This document shows, one piece after another, positions 49,765-64,000 of a DNA stretch of 64,000 nucleotides. Within the stretch, counting starts at the first letter, position 1; the number at the start of each line of letters is the position of its first letter. A program made the position numbers and the translations under genes. Source of the DNA: the human T2T-CHM13v2.0 reference genome, Homo sapiens. Location: assembly GCF_009914755.1 (NCBI RefSeq), contig NC_060926.1; one strand, 5' to 3'. The notes beneath the pieces were generated by a model. That model searched no databases. It saw only the letters and a list, made by a program, of their open reading frames with translations, and was not told where the DNA came from.

Positions 49765-50130
49765 GCAATAAAAAGGAATGAGGTACTAATATATATTACA
49801 ACATGGATGAACTCTGAAAACATTACGATAAGTGAAAGAAGCCACACACAAAAGATCGTATACTGTATGATTCCATATATATGAAATGTCCAGAAAGGGC
49901 AAATGTATAGATCTGGAAGGTAGATTAGTGATTGCCTAGGGCTGAGTGGCAGGGGTAGAGAGAAATGGGAAGTGACTGCTAATGAGTATGGGAGGTTTCA
50001 TGGGTTGATGTTCTAAAACTAAATAATGGTTGTACACCTCTGTGAATATACTGAAAACCACTGAATTGTACACTTTAAAAGGGTGACTATATAGTATGTG
50101 AATTACATCTCAATAAAGCTGTTAAAAAAT
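49765..50130 (+). mobile_element. L1MB 3' UTR fragment
   Basis: aaaaggaatgaggtact...acatggatgaac...tctcaataaagctgttaaaaaa. Confidence 0.85.
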
Positions 50131-51384
50131 GTCACTTTAGTCACATTCCCAGACTCCCTTTCTCCATGTCTACTTTTCATGTTTGTAGCTACTGGCTCTC
50201 AAGAGTGAAAGTTACAAGTTAGTTAGCTTCTTCTGAAGCATTTGAAAACTACAGAAGAGGAAAATAAAGACATACAAAAAATAGTTTGATTTAGAAGAAA
50301 TTTCTCATAGTTTATTTAGGCTCAGATAACATATATTTTTTAAATGACTATTCAAAAAAACTTTATGTCTATATTGAAAATATTTTTTAATCTGTCTACA
50401 CAAAAGGTAAACTCACAAACTAAGTAGACAGTTCTTTTCCATAGCTAACACTAAGCAGATTTCCACCAAAACAGGAATATAACTTTATTAGTAAGTCACG
50501 CTAAGAGAAATGAAGACTCTCTTTAAGCAGATTTTTAAAAAAAAATTTAGACTTCATTCAACTAAAAAAAAGCTACATTCAATTACTAAAATGACTTCAG
50601 GGAACCACGGCTTTTTTCTCCCAAAGAGCTAGGTAAAGTTATGGCATTCTTGCCAAGGCTAGGGTAAGAAAGTACACCTACTGATTACTCATTATGACCA
50701 ATACTTAGTATAAGTTGGGCACCAGAGCTGAAAGAAGCACACTGCACAAATATGCAGTGAGACCTTGATCCTGTCTTAACATTTGATCTCAGACAGACAA
50801 ATGACACGTAAAAACACAAGGTCAGAGTGAATTAGAGGCAGGAGAATGAAACACACTGATACAGAATGGGTCAGATCAAATAAAAGTTGATTTCTGAAGG
50901 TCACCAAAATCCATTCAGCAGAACTACTTCAATGATCTCTGTCAACAACCTCTGCAACTGATGCCCACTGTCACCAAAAAATCATAAAGGGATTTTAGGA
51001 ATTTGAGGGAGGAGTAAGAAAGATAAGGAAAAAATGTAGGGGCATGAAAAAAATCAGAGACTTCATTCCATTTATTTTCAGTGCTTTTATTATACCACCA
51101 TATTCCCGGATTTAATCTTACTATATATTAACCAAAGGTCTTTCAGGATGGGGTCTGATTTAGTATTGTGAAGACACTGGTTTTTATTCTTTGGGTTCAT
51201 GAAGGTAACAGTCTTAATTTCTAAATAAAATATTTTCCCATCAATAGCCATATCTAAATGTGCTGATATGAAGCAATCTTTAAGGTATAATACTAAGTGA
51301 AATCAAAGAGCAAGCAGTGTGTATGTTTTCATATGTGTTCAAAAGGAAAACGGACTCGCACACACATATTCTCATATGCAGAGA

Positions 51385-51570
51385 GGTTCGGGAGTCAGGC
51401 TGCCTGGGCTCAAGTCTTAACTCAGTTCTTACTGTCTCTGTGGCCTTTGGTAAGTCACTTAACGTACCTAAACCCCAGTCTCTTCATCTAGAATATATGG
51501 ATGATAATAGGGTACAGGGAAGGAGTTAATGAGGTGAAATAACCACTAATAAATGTCAGCTACTATTATG
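51385..51570 (+). mobile_element. MIR within an old L1 3' fragment
   Basis: ggagtcaggctgcctgggctcaagtc...gtaagtcacttaacgtacctaaaccccagt. Confidence 0.7.
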
Positions 51571-52023
51571 ATCATGATTATTTTATGGATGGACGTTTTA
51601 TAGGAGAATTGAAAAGAAAATGTTAACACTGGTTGCCTACAGAGAGTATTGAAGGTCTTGAGATGAAAGGAAGACTATTTTTAAAAAAAAATACAGTGGG
51701 GTGGTGGGGTAACATGTGCACTTCCTGGAAGTGAGCAATGACTGTGCCACAGTGATGTCTGCCTACTTAATACACAGACAGAAATTTATACCACCCTCTG
51801 TTTATATTACAAGATTGACCTTTTAGAGGGTTTGTTCCAAGAACAGATCTTGTCACAGGAACACACCATCCCCACATTAAAACAAAGCCACAAATGCTAT
51901 GGTGCTGAAAAGACAGAAATGTCCTTTATGTGTAATACGCTCACTCACACGTCAAACAGGTTAGGATACACTATCATCAAAAGACAAATATAAACAAACA
52001 GCTAGGGTCCTACAGATAAATAC

Positions 52024-52156
52024 CTGTATGTAGAAAGGAATTCCAGCACTGCGCCTTGTAGCACAGAGTTTAGATGAAGGATCACTGCATTTAATTTCCT
52101 CTAAAACACTCCATAGCCACTGTTCTGGCAGCTTTTGCAGACTCACATTTGGGCAC
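52024..52156 (-). CDS. THADA: THADA internal coding exon (probably exon 23), (R)CPNVSLQKLPEQWLWSVLEEIKCSDPSSKLCATRRSAGIPFYIQ
   Basis: 133 nt with acceptor gccttttag|GTGCCC and donor CAG|gtattt, phase 2 to phase 0. Contains the RRSAG(I/L)P motif conserved in THADA/Trm732. Overlaps ORF 51961..52167. Confidence 0.97.
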
Positions 52157-53349
52157 CTAAAAGGCATATATAATCAAATATTCGGAATTAGGTATCAAAG
52201 TTAAAAGTACAAACTATTGATGCACATTTACACTGTTAGTAAATAATAAATATCCTTATATTGAGTGGGGGTGAAACTAAAACATGTCTCATACTTTTCA
52301 CCTACTTTCCTCTTTATTATGGGTCTTAAGATCTAAAGATTTCATTTCTAACAACTGCAGTGTTTAAAGCATGTGTCTTGTCTGCAAAATAAATTTTGAT
52401 ACATGGGTTTGCATCCACACTCAAAATATTCAGGAAAAGGTTGATCATGGTCTCACAGATATTTCATACTATACAACTCAAGATTTCCAACAAAGAGAAT
52501 ATAAGTTTATAGTTTACTATAATTTATGTTCTATGTTTATAGGGATTACACATATTCAAAGAAAACACATTTTAAACTGTATTTTAGTAATCATTTTCAT
52601 CTCTCTCAAAATGAGGCCTACCACAAAATTTTCAACCAGATCCTCTGGAGAATTAAAGCAATTTATCTGGGAAGAGGCATAAACATTTTGAGGCGATTTG
52701 AACATTACATCAGTGAGCTTCTGCATTATTACATTAAGCGCTATCTTAGAGTGCTCAAGTACATTTAATTTTTATAAAATTTTTAAATGTATGCCCTACT
52801 AGACTGTATAACATTGCCCAAGGAATACCAAATTCAGTGGTAGGTAGACACAATTATCTTAGCAAGGTAGTACCTGGTTTTAACTGAAATTAATATATGA
52901 AAATTTACAGATAAAGTCCAAAGGAAAAACACTCTTTTTTAAGTTGAGGAAGAAAAGTTGCAGAAAGATAACTGATTTCCAATTTACAGTGAGAATTAGA
53001 TCTCTTAGGAACATTGGGATTTTTTTTTCTTTATTCTAGTTTGGTGTAAAACAGATAACTTCAGTTACTGACTAAACATTCTAAATAGCAACTCAGATTC
53101 AGCTATATGTTTCACATAGAACAAAATATATAAATAAGACTACTTTAAAGGAGGCATTTTTTAAAGTTTGACATGGGCCTAAAAATATTATTTCAGTCAT
53201 AAAAGTTACAATTACATCTCCCTACTACTAGCAGGCTCTGTGATTCTAAAGATTTCCTTTTAGCATATCTTAAAATCCATCACCTCACCCTTGCTTCTTC
53301 GACACTCCTGTCCTCAGCCACCAAAACCAGCTATCAAAACTCCCAACCA

Positions 53350-53792
53350 CTAGATTAAAAAAGATTCAGAGACATAACAACCAAATGTAGTGTGTGAACC
53401 TTGCTTAGATCTTGATTTGAACAATGAAATGTAAAACAGACACTGTCAAGTAACAGAGGAAATTTATATACGTACTAGATAATAGATAACATCAAGAAAT
53501 TCTTTATAAAATGTGCCACTGCACTGTGAACATGGAACAAAGTTTCCATATTTTTAGAGATGCATACTGAGTACATAGGAATAAAAATCACAAATCGGGG
53601 ATGTGTTTTAGAATACTTCAGCAAACAACAATAAAAAGGGATAGATGAAGCAGTTGTGACTCAACTTTGATCACTATTGAATTTGGATGATGGGTAAAGG
53701 TCGCTTATTATTCTCTCTACTTTTAAATATATGTGATATACATATACACAAATACACACGTTTATGTGTTTGGAATTTTTCATAATGAAAAT
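53350..53792 (+). mobile_element. L1MC/ME 3' UTR fragment
   Basis: gagacataacaaccaaatgtagtgtgtgaaccttg...ttattctctctacttt...aattttttcataat. Confidence 0.65.
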
Positions 53793-53995
53793 AATTGCCC
53801 CACACTTTTGTATTTTTAAGGATTGAGGTTACTTCCCAAGCACTAGATTTTATATCTTTTTAAATTAAGATAAATGTCTTGTGTTTTGTGAAATAATTTC
53901 TCTATTAATAATATTGCCAGCTTGATATAATCCTCACACAGTTGACCAATCAAAAACTGAAATCCAAATTCCTAAGAGTAATTACTTAAGTGCTA

Positions 53996-54380
<385 letters not shown>

Positions 54381-55859
54381 CAAAAATTTTTTTTTGGTGA
54401 TTTAGCTACCCAAGAAGAAAAGAAGCTGGAATTATAGAGGTGAATAAGGTAAAGAGTACTTGATCTAATATCTGTGGGCTTAATTTATACTTGCATTTTC
54501 TTCCTAGAACCATGGGAAAGTTAAAACCAGCTTATAGATAATGCTACAGTCTAAGGTCGTCTCCTGTAGGGGATTTGCTACGTAGGAAAAACTAAGGGGA
54601 AGAACGAACTGCAGGACATGAGAGGTACTTTCCTATTTCCTTAATTTCCTAAGTGTGCTGAAATACAAATACACTAAATACTAGTTCAATAATGCTCCTC
54701 AACTGTCAGTGGGCCTCCCCTGGGCCTCCCTGAGTGAGCCCGCAGAGGCTGTGGCAAAACCAACCACTCCAAGAAGGCAGGTCTGGAATGAGAGTAGAAC
54801 ATCTCACTATGCATCACCCTTCCCTGCATGAACTTTCAGTGGCTCTTGACTATTAACCAAATCATCTAACTCCTCTTCTAACTTTGTCAAACTCTCCTAG
54901 CTTGAAAGGTTGCCTATGACCTGGACCCAACCCTCCTACTTAAATCTAACCTTAACTTTTCCAAGTTCCTACACAAACTCCTCTGGTCTAGTAAGACTGT
55001 TTTTTGCTGGTTCTCATACTAACATACAACACACACACGACACAAACACACACACCTCATATTCCCAACTAAGCATTCGTTTATGGTCTCCACACATATC
55101 CCTATTCATCCAAACTGATGAAACTTCCTCCAAATACTGCATCTCACGAGGACTTTTCCTTTCTCTAAACTTCCAATTAACTTGAAGCAACTACTAGGTA
55201 TTAGGCGTACATGGGATCAGTACAGTGTCATGGAAGGGCTGGAATCTGAACTAGACTTTGAAGGACATGTAGGTCGAATGGTGGAAGGTCCATATATGAG
55301 AGCTGAGGAAGTAAAAGATGAGATGACTGGGGAAAGAGCTAGGTCAAGGCCCCAGAGGCAATTCCCTAATTTAAACACTTGGCTAGTATAACTGTAAACA
55401 GTGAACTGGGCCTATTTATTCCCTTGAGTATTGCATACTAAGAACCAAATGCTCCTTGTTAATTTGCAGAATTTGAAAACAGAGGCCAGAAGAATGCTCT
55501 ACAAGGTCAAGGCTGGCAAAATGCCATCGATAGAGCCATCTCTGCCCACTGCACCATGGACCCAGGAACCTCATGAGCTCTGGGAAATGCTCAAGGCACC
55601 AGCTCCTACCATCTAGTCCAAACCTTCTTATTCTGCTCTGGAATTCCCCAGCATCAAACCAGCTTTTACGCAGAATTCTTTACTTATCTGGTTTCCAGTG
55701 TGAACTCTACCACCGGTTCCCATTCCTCTGATTCCCTTGCTTCTCAGCTCTGCACCTCTCCCAGGCAAGTCCTGACCTCAAAGCCATACAAGGGAATTTG
55801 GTCCAATAATGGAACTTCCACCCTCCCTTTTTACTAAAATTAAACATACTACATTTTAA

Positions 55860-56195
<336 letters not shown>

Positions 56196-57307
56196 ACAAG
56201 TTTTATTTAAACTATCATACTGGAAATATATTTGCCTGCCACAAAGGAAAGAAAAACAAATATTCGTTGGATGTCTATTACACGTCTGGTACGACACCAG
56301 GCTTTTCACAGCTGCTCTTACTTCATTCTTGGAACAAACTATGAGAAAGTTATTTTTCCCAACTAACAGATGAGAGGGAATATATCACAGTGGTTAGGAA
56401 CACAGATTATGGACCCGTGTTATCTGGTTTAGAATCCTTTCTCTGCTACCTAGTAGCTGTACAATCCAAGGCAATTTACTAAATTTCTCCATTTTCTCAC
56501 TTTGCTCTTCTATAAAATGACAGTTTTTGGAAGGATTGAGTTTGTTCTTATGTCTAATAAGTTCTTAATGGTCATTTTCTAAAATCATCGGTTATTATGA
56601 GAAAAGCAAGTATTAAAAGTTTCAATTGAAATGATAGAGATGAAACAGCTGAGTTTCCATTTTGACAGGACATCCCCCTACAATGCAAGTTAATGTTAAC
56701 AATATGCAAAATATACAAATAGAAACCCCAAAACCAGCTGAGTCCAAAAGCAAGATAATCATCTGGGTAAAAATGAACAGAAATGCAAAGTAGTGAGTGT
56801 GCTGATACCAGAGACCCAAGAGTTACAGATTTAGAAGCAGTAGTGGCAGCCAAAGAATTTCAGCAGCCTCATCTCTTTTGAGAAGAACCTGAAAAAGGGC
56901 TACTGCCAGAGCTGCCTGAGGCTGTAGCAGTAGGAAAAGCCAAGGGCACAGGGGGCCTCTGAATCAGGCTGACTACTAACTCAGTGACTAGATCTATGAT
57001 ATCCCCAATTTCACTGTGAAGGGGGACACCCAAAATACCACTACCTAATCTAGTTCCTCTGATAGAGAGGAAAGAGCCTAGAAAGAGATCAGTAAACAAA
57101 AGGCTCCCATCATAGCCAGTGAGCCAAAATTCAAAATATAGAAATAAATTTTATATTAAGAAAGACAACCTAAAAAAATCAGTAATAACACACATTCACT
57201 CTATATGAAACTAATTTTATGGAGCAGTCTGACAAAAACCTTAAAATAACTATGTTTAGGATACTGAAGTGATAAATAAGGGAATAACTTCTATTTAAGA
57301 AGAGTTA

Positions 57308-57470
57308 ACTGGGCATGGTGGCTCACATCTGTAGTCTCAGCAACTCAGGAGGCTAAAGCAGGAAGATCACTTGAGCCCAGGAATTCAGGGCTACAGTGAG
57401 TTATGATGACACCACTAGACTCCAGTGTGGATGACACAGTGAGACACTGTCCCTTAAAAAAAAAAAAAAT
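57308..57470 (+). mobile_element. Alu monomer (FRAM-like)
   Basis: Single Alu arm with an A tail, inside old L1/HAL1 ORF1-like sequence. Confidence 0.82.
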
Positions 57471-57542
57471 AAAGAACAAGAAATCATGAAAAACAAGCCG
57501 TAGTGAAATAAGAACAGGCATGTATAAAAATAAAAAAGACTA

Positions 57543-58812
<1,270 letters not shown>

Positions 58813-59269
58813 ACACACACACATATAAAACAGATAAGATGAATTCTAACGAATTCGTGACTTAGAAGATAGTTTTCTGGGAAATTTACCCAAAACAGTA
58901 TACAGAATGAAAAAACCATAAAGTATGTGTGTGTATATACATAACGATAGTTCCATACCTGGAAAAAGCATAGCAAAATTGTGATTAATAAAAAAACTTA
59001 CAAGCCACAGGAGATTTAAAGGAAAAAAAACTGGAGATCTACAAAGGAACATCAATTATACCAAACACAAGTTTCTCACTGGCAATAACAAAAGCAGTGA
59101 AGGAAAACAACTGTCCACCAGAATTGTATACCCCGTTAAAGTACATTCAAAAGCATAGGTAAGAAAAAGACAATCTGAAATATACAAAGATTAAGTCTGC
59201 CTTCCAGAGACTCTCACCAAAAGAAATTCTAAAGGATGTACTTCAACAAAGTACACCTAAAGTAGTTTC

Positions 59270-59910
59270 AATGGGGTGTCTACTAGACATGCCAAACTTA
59301 ACATGCCCCAAACTAAACTCCTGATCTTCCTCCAAAAACCTACTCTACCCACAGTCTTGCCCATCCTAATAAAAGAATAACAAATCGATCTCTTCAGGGG
59401 CTCAAGCCAAAAACTTTGTAGTTATGCTCTCTCTCTCAAATAGCAAATCTAATCTGTCAACAAACCTTGCCTGCTCTATCTTCACGTTACATCCAGATTC
59501 AGATCACGTTTTACTTCCTCCACCACTTTCCAAGTCATCACTATCTCTTTTCTGTAGTATAGCAATATTGTAACTAATCGGTCTTTCTGTTTTCACTATT
59601 ATAGTCTATTATCAACACAGAAGTAAGAGTAATCCTTTTAAAAGATGAGATCATGTCACTCCTCTGTTCACAAACACTCCAATGGCTCCCCATTTTACTC
59701 AGAGTAAAAGCCAAAGTTCTTACACAATGTCTTAGGCTGTCTAGTCCTCACAACTTCTCTGATCTCATCTACAACTCTTTCCTATGCTCACACTACTCCA
59801 GTCATAATTGGTTTACCTGATGTTCCTTAAATACCTACCCTAAGCCCAAGCCTCTCAGGACTTTTTCACCTGACATTCTCTCTGCCGTGAATACTCTTCC
59901 TCCAGGTATT
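59270..59910 (+). mobile_element. L2 (L2a-like) fragment
   Basis: aaacttaacatgccccaaactaaactcctgatcttcc...atcatgtcactcctctgttcacaaacactccaatggctcccc. Confidence 0.78.
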
Positions 59911-61179
59911 TACATCGTGGTTGTACAACTGCTAATTTTAGTATTCACTATACCTTCTAGTACATGCAAATATTTCACACTAATGTTTAAAAATTGGGTA
60001 AAATAAGGGGGTAGAAGAGACGGAAGCTAAATAATTTGCTCAAGGTTACATAGCAAGTACGTGGCAGAGGGAGAATTAAAATGTATATTGACACCAAAGC
60101 CCTTGCCTAATAAAAAGGCATTATTTCAATGTGCCTGCCCTAAATGCTCAGATCTGGCTCATGATGAAAATACTATCAACTCTCTAATATTTGTTTTAGT
60201 GAATTTCACTATTTTATTTTTTAAAGAGATCTATCAGGTAGCTAGTGGTTGCTTTGCACTATGCTATGTCCTAAAAATAGAACCGCAGAATAAAAATTCC
60301 AAAGGGCACGTGATTTACAAAATGTTTTCATGTGGCTTTGGAATGTATTACCAGAGAATACAATTTTTAAGATATTAACTTCCTGATCATGTTTTATTCA
60401 GGTTACTTTTCAGATTGATTTCATTCCCTGAACATCTACCATTGGGGTGGGGGTTAAAGTATTAATAGTTCTAAATGAACTGGGTGACATGAATAGAGAG
60501 CTAGCTAGAAAATTAAAATACTCTACAGAAAAGCCACTCAGTAGATAACCTTTTTGTGACTGACTTGAATTGAATTGTGTCTCATTTGTTTTCGAGGTAC
60601 CCCCACTCCCTTAGGGAACTGGGGAAGTTTATTACTATTAATAAACTGCTTTCTTATATTAACTGAATGATTCATGGTAGCCTGAAGAAATTACTTCACC
60701 TGCAAACACAAAGCAATTAATTTCACATTTAAATATGAAGTACATTTAAAGCCAACGTATTGAAGCAAAATTCCCAGAAAAGACTCAAACTGCCAGGAAG
60801 GTAATTTGTATAACCTCAACTGAGTAAGGGTAAGCCTCTGCCAATATCTTTATTTACCAAACAATAGTTTACTTACAAAGCACAAGAAGGAAGAAAATCC
60901 TTTCCCTTTCCCATAAACACAGACTTTCACTTTGTTAGGTTAAAGAACAAAGTGGCAGCTTAGAAAGGAATAGTATACTTTCTGGGAACAGAAACTTTAT
61001 GTCCATTTATTTTACACATCCATGAAGTTTCTCATTTTTTCATCCAGTCCCCTCCCCGCTTCCATGCAACTCTATCAAACGCACGTGCACTTCATTTGCT
61101 CGTAATCTTGAAGTTACCTACTAGGGTCCATAAATATTAATGTGTGTACCATTTCCAAGATACCTTCTATTTTTATATA

Positions 61180-61615
61180 CATGTGGTTGGAGACTCTCAG
61201 AAAACACAAAGATTTCCCAGGGAGCAAAAAATCCAAACTCATCCTGGCTCACAAAGCCCTACGTATCTGGACAATCTCATTAAACTTTATCTTACACCAT
61301 TCTGTTCTTTAATACACCATAGATTTTGGCGTTAGTGGTTCTCATTGCTTGGAAAGCTCTTCTCCAGAAAAGGTGCTGCTTCTTGCCATTCAGGCCCTGG
61401 CTGAAATATTACTTTAGTCTAGTAGGAAAGAATCTTCCTTACCACCAAACTTTATCACATAAAAACACACACTGCTAGCAGATAGTTTATTATTTTCTAC
61501 ATCTCCATGTATCAAGGACACATTCCTTCCTGTTATTTCTCTATTCCCAGCACCTATAACACGGCCTGATACCCTATAGGGAGCTCAATAAATATTTGTT
61601 GAATAAATGAATGAC
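61180..61615 (+). mobile_element. L2 3' end
   Basis: Ends gagctcaataaatatttgttgaataaatgaatga. Confidence 0.7.
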
Positions 61616-62197
61616 ATATAATTTACTAACTTCATTGAATATGGCAGTCTAACAAACCAGGTTGACAAAGAAAGAGGGTATAATAACTAGAAAAGAAAGT
61701 ACAAACAAAAATGTTTTCCAATGAGAAGTGCCACTGTTAAGAGCCAGCAGTTGATGCAGCTGCTTAGCTTCCTGTAACACGTACAAACACATTCAGCAAA
61801 TCTCCACATACCAGGGTTATAGTATTCATACAAGAATATTTCCTACTGAAATCCCCAAACAGCTTACCAAAATCAACTCTATTAACCTAACTGCTACCCC
61901 AAGAGATCATTTTTTCTCTAAGACCCAAGAACAAAACCAAGTACAGGGTTCAAAAGCAAGTATAGTTCAGGTTCATGTAAAAGTGTTATTTAACCGAGGT
62001 TTGTACACTTATGAACACAGAGTAGAAACTATGTTTCATATGAGCAATGTCTCTGAGTTTTAACAATAGTTATAAAATTTAATTCAAGATGATAACTTTT
62101 TCCTTTCTTTCTTAAGCCTCTTTAGGAGATCTCCTCTAGGCCCATAGCTTCATCTATTTCCTCTGTTTGGCTGACTTTCAAACATATACCTCCAGCT

Positions 62198-62293
62198 GGA
62201 GTGAACAACTGTCCCTATTTGCCTGGGACTAAAGGATTTCCCAGAATGCTGGACATTTACTGCTAAAATATTGGGGGAGTCCCAGGTCACACT
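62198..62293 (-). mobile_element. MER94-like hAT-Blackjack MITE
   Basis: gagtgaacaactgtccctatttgcctgggact...tgctaaaa...gtcccaggtcacact. Confidence 0.55.
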
Positions 62294-63791
62294 ATCTCCA
62301 ACCTGGACCCCTCTGCTAATCTCCTGACCTGTATTTCCAACTGTCTGCTATCCCGCTAGGCAGCCTCCCAAAACTACCTTTAACTCAGCATGTTTAAAGC
62401 ATTATTCTCCCTCCCATCATGCCCTCCTGCTTGCCTTGCTTTTTGCCAATGTTATTGGCATTAATTATTCTTCTCATCACCTAGGATAGACAGTTCAGTG
62501 AGCGGATCTTTGTCTTGGTCTTTAACGTCTGTCTTGTAAATTATGTGACTTACTTATCTAATCCCAAAGATTAAAATGCTAGGTTGAAAGTTCCTCTAAA
62601 AACAAGGCCCATGTTTTATCAATATTTTTATCCTAGCTATCACAATTCCTTATAGAAAGCAATAATCAATAAACTTTTGTTAAACTGCTAACCTCTGAAA
62701 TGCTATGAAATTCCAGAAAAACATTTAGATTCTAGTGCTGGCTCAATCACCAACTACATGTGTAGCTATAGATAAATCACTTGATTCTCAGTGCTTTAGA
62801 ATGAAAATAAAATAAAAATGCTTTGAAAATTCAATGAACATTCCCTGGGTTATATAGAGAAGATAATGACTCTAAAATACATAAGTAGTTCCTGATGAGA
62901 ATGTCCCCAAAACTCCTCATCATGGTCCCATACAATCCTTAGTCCCTTATTCAAGTCCTCACATCCCTCTCTTACTTCCACAGTTATATGTTTCCTATTT
63001 AGACTCTGGTAATTATGTCTAGGTTCACAGTAACTGTGGCCTACCATATCATATTCTCAATGGTCAAAGAGAGCTCAGTCAAACACAGCATCTGGCACAC
63101 AGTAGATGTTTAAGAAATCTTTTGTTGAATAATTAAGGAGCAACTAGTGCTGGTGCCAGCTGGCGCACATTAGCTGTGCCTGCAGGTAGGCATAAAATTG
63201 ACAAACCAGGTATAAAAAGCAGGGAGCTGGAACCCTAAGTCTTCTCAATAGTGAGGTCACTGTGCCTATAAAAAGCAGAATAGAGTTCTGACTATTCAAT
63301 GAACCTTCTGTCTGCTCCCCAGCAAGGAAAGATTTCTTTATAAGGAAGTGATTTCAAAACTCCAGGGTTGCTGGTGTTTATGATAATGAAGGAATTGAGA
63401 GGTAAAAATGAAACCATGCAAGGTTCCCAAGAACAATACAGCAAACCCTAGTTGTTTGTTTTGGTTCTTCATCACACAATCCAGGGCCTAGCAAGGATAT
63501 AAAAAGAAAGGTTCTCGAGTGAAACAGTCCTTGGTTCTTTGAGCCAACTCTATGTAGTCACCAACCACAGCTATGGGGAATTCCAAAATCCTGCTTTTGT
63601 TAGTGAATGCCTTTCCACTAAATAAGCAGACAGCCTCTTGTCTGAAGGTATTTTGTTTTTATTTGGCTATCTTGTCGAATTAATACAAAATATACAGTGT
63701 CTTTAGCCTCTGAGTACATTGTAAAATTGCAACCTTCTTAAAAGGGGTTCAAGGTTCATCATAAACAACTCAGTAACACAAAATGTTATTA

Positions 63792-64000
<209 letters not shown>

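Noticed and set aside
56572-57099. ORF cluster near 56.6-57.1 kb as an unannotated exon or gene
   Set aside because: No similarity to the THADA protein as I recall it and no convincing splice-site pair; the region grades into old L1/HAL1 5'/ORF1-like sequence.

Overview
Human (or very close primate) AT-rich genomic DNA lying entirely inside the THADA gene (thyroid adenoma associated, 2p21), which is transcribed on the minus strand. Four short coding exons have canonical AG/GT ends: 52024-52156, 48998-49111, 42207-42329 and 28609-28700, probably exons 23-26 (numbering from memory). They splice in frame into about 154 codons covering the C-terminal part of the DUF2428 region, including the RRSAGIP motif and the Thr1187 codon. 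The rest is intron, dense in transposon relics: about 24 Alu copies or fragments, old L1 and L2, MIR, MaLR LTRs, Tigger/MER DNA transposons, a solo Hsmar1/MADE1 end, microsatellites and a ~1 kb AT island. Apart from two ORFs that overlap real exons, the ORF-track entries look spurious. I found no evidence for a new multi-gene system. The best leads are a frame-symmetric four-exon block that would give a stop-free circRNA, a cluster of template-switch footprints around 43-50 kb, a very young AluY, and motif-based enhancer and CTCF candidates. Repeat boundaries and subfamily calls were made by eye and are approximate.
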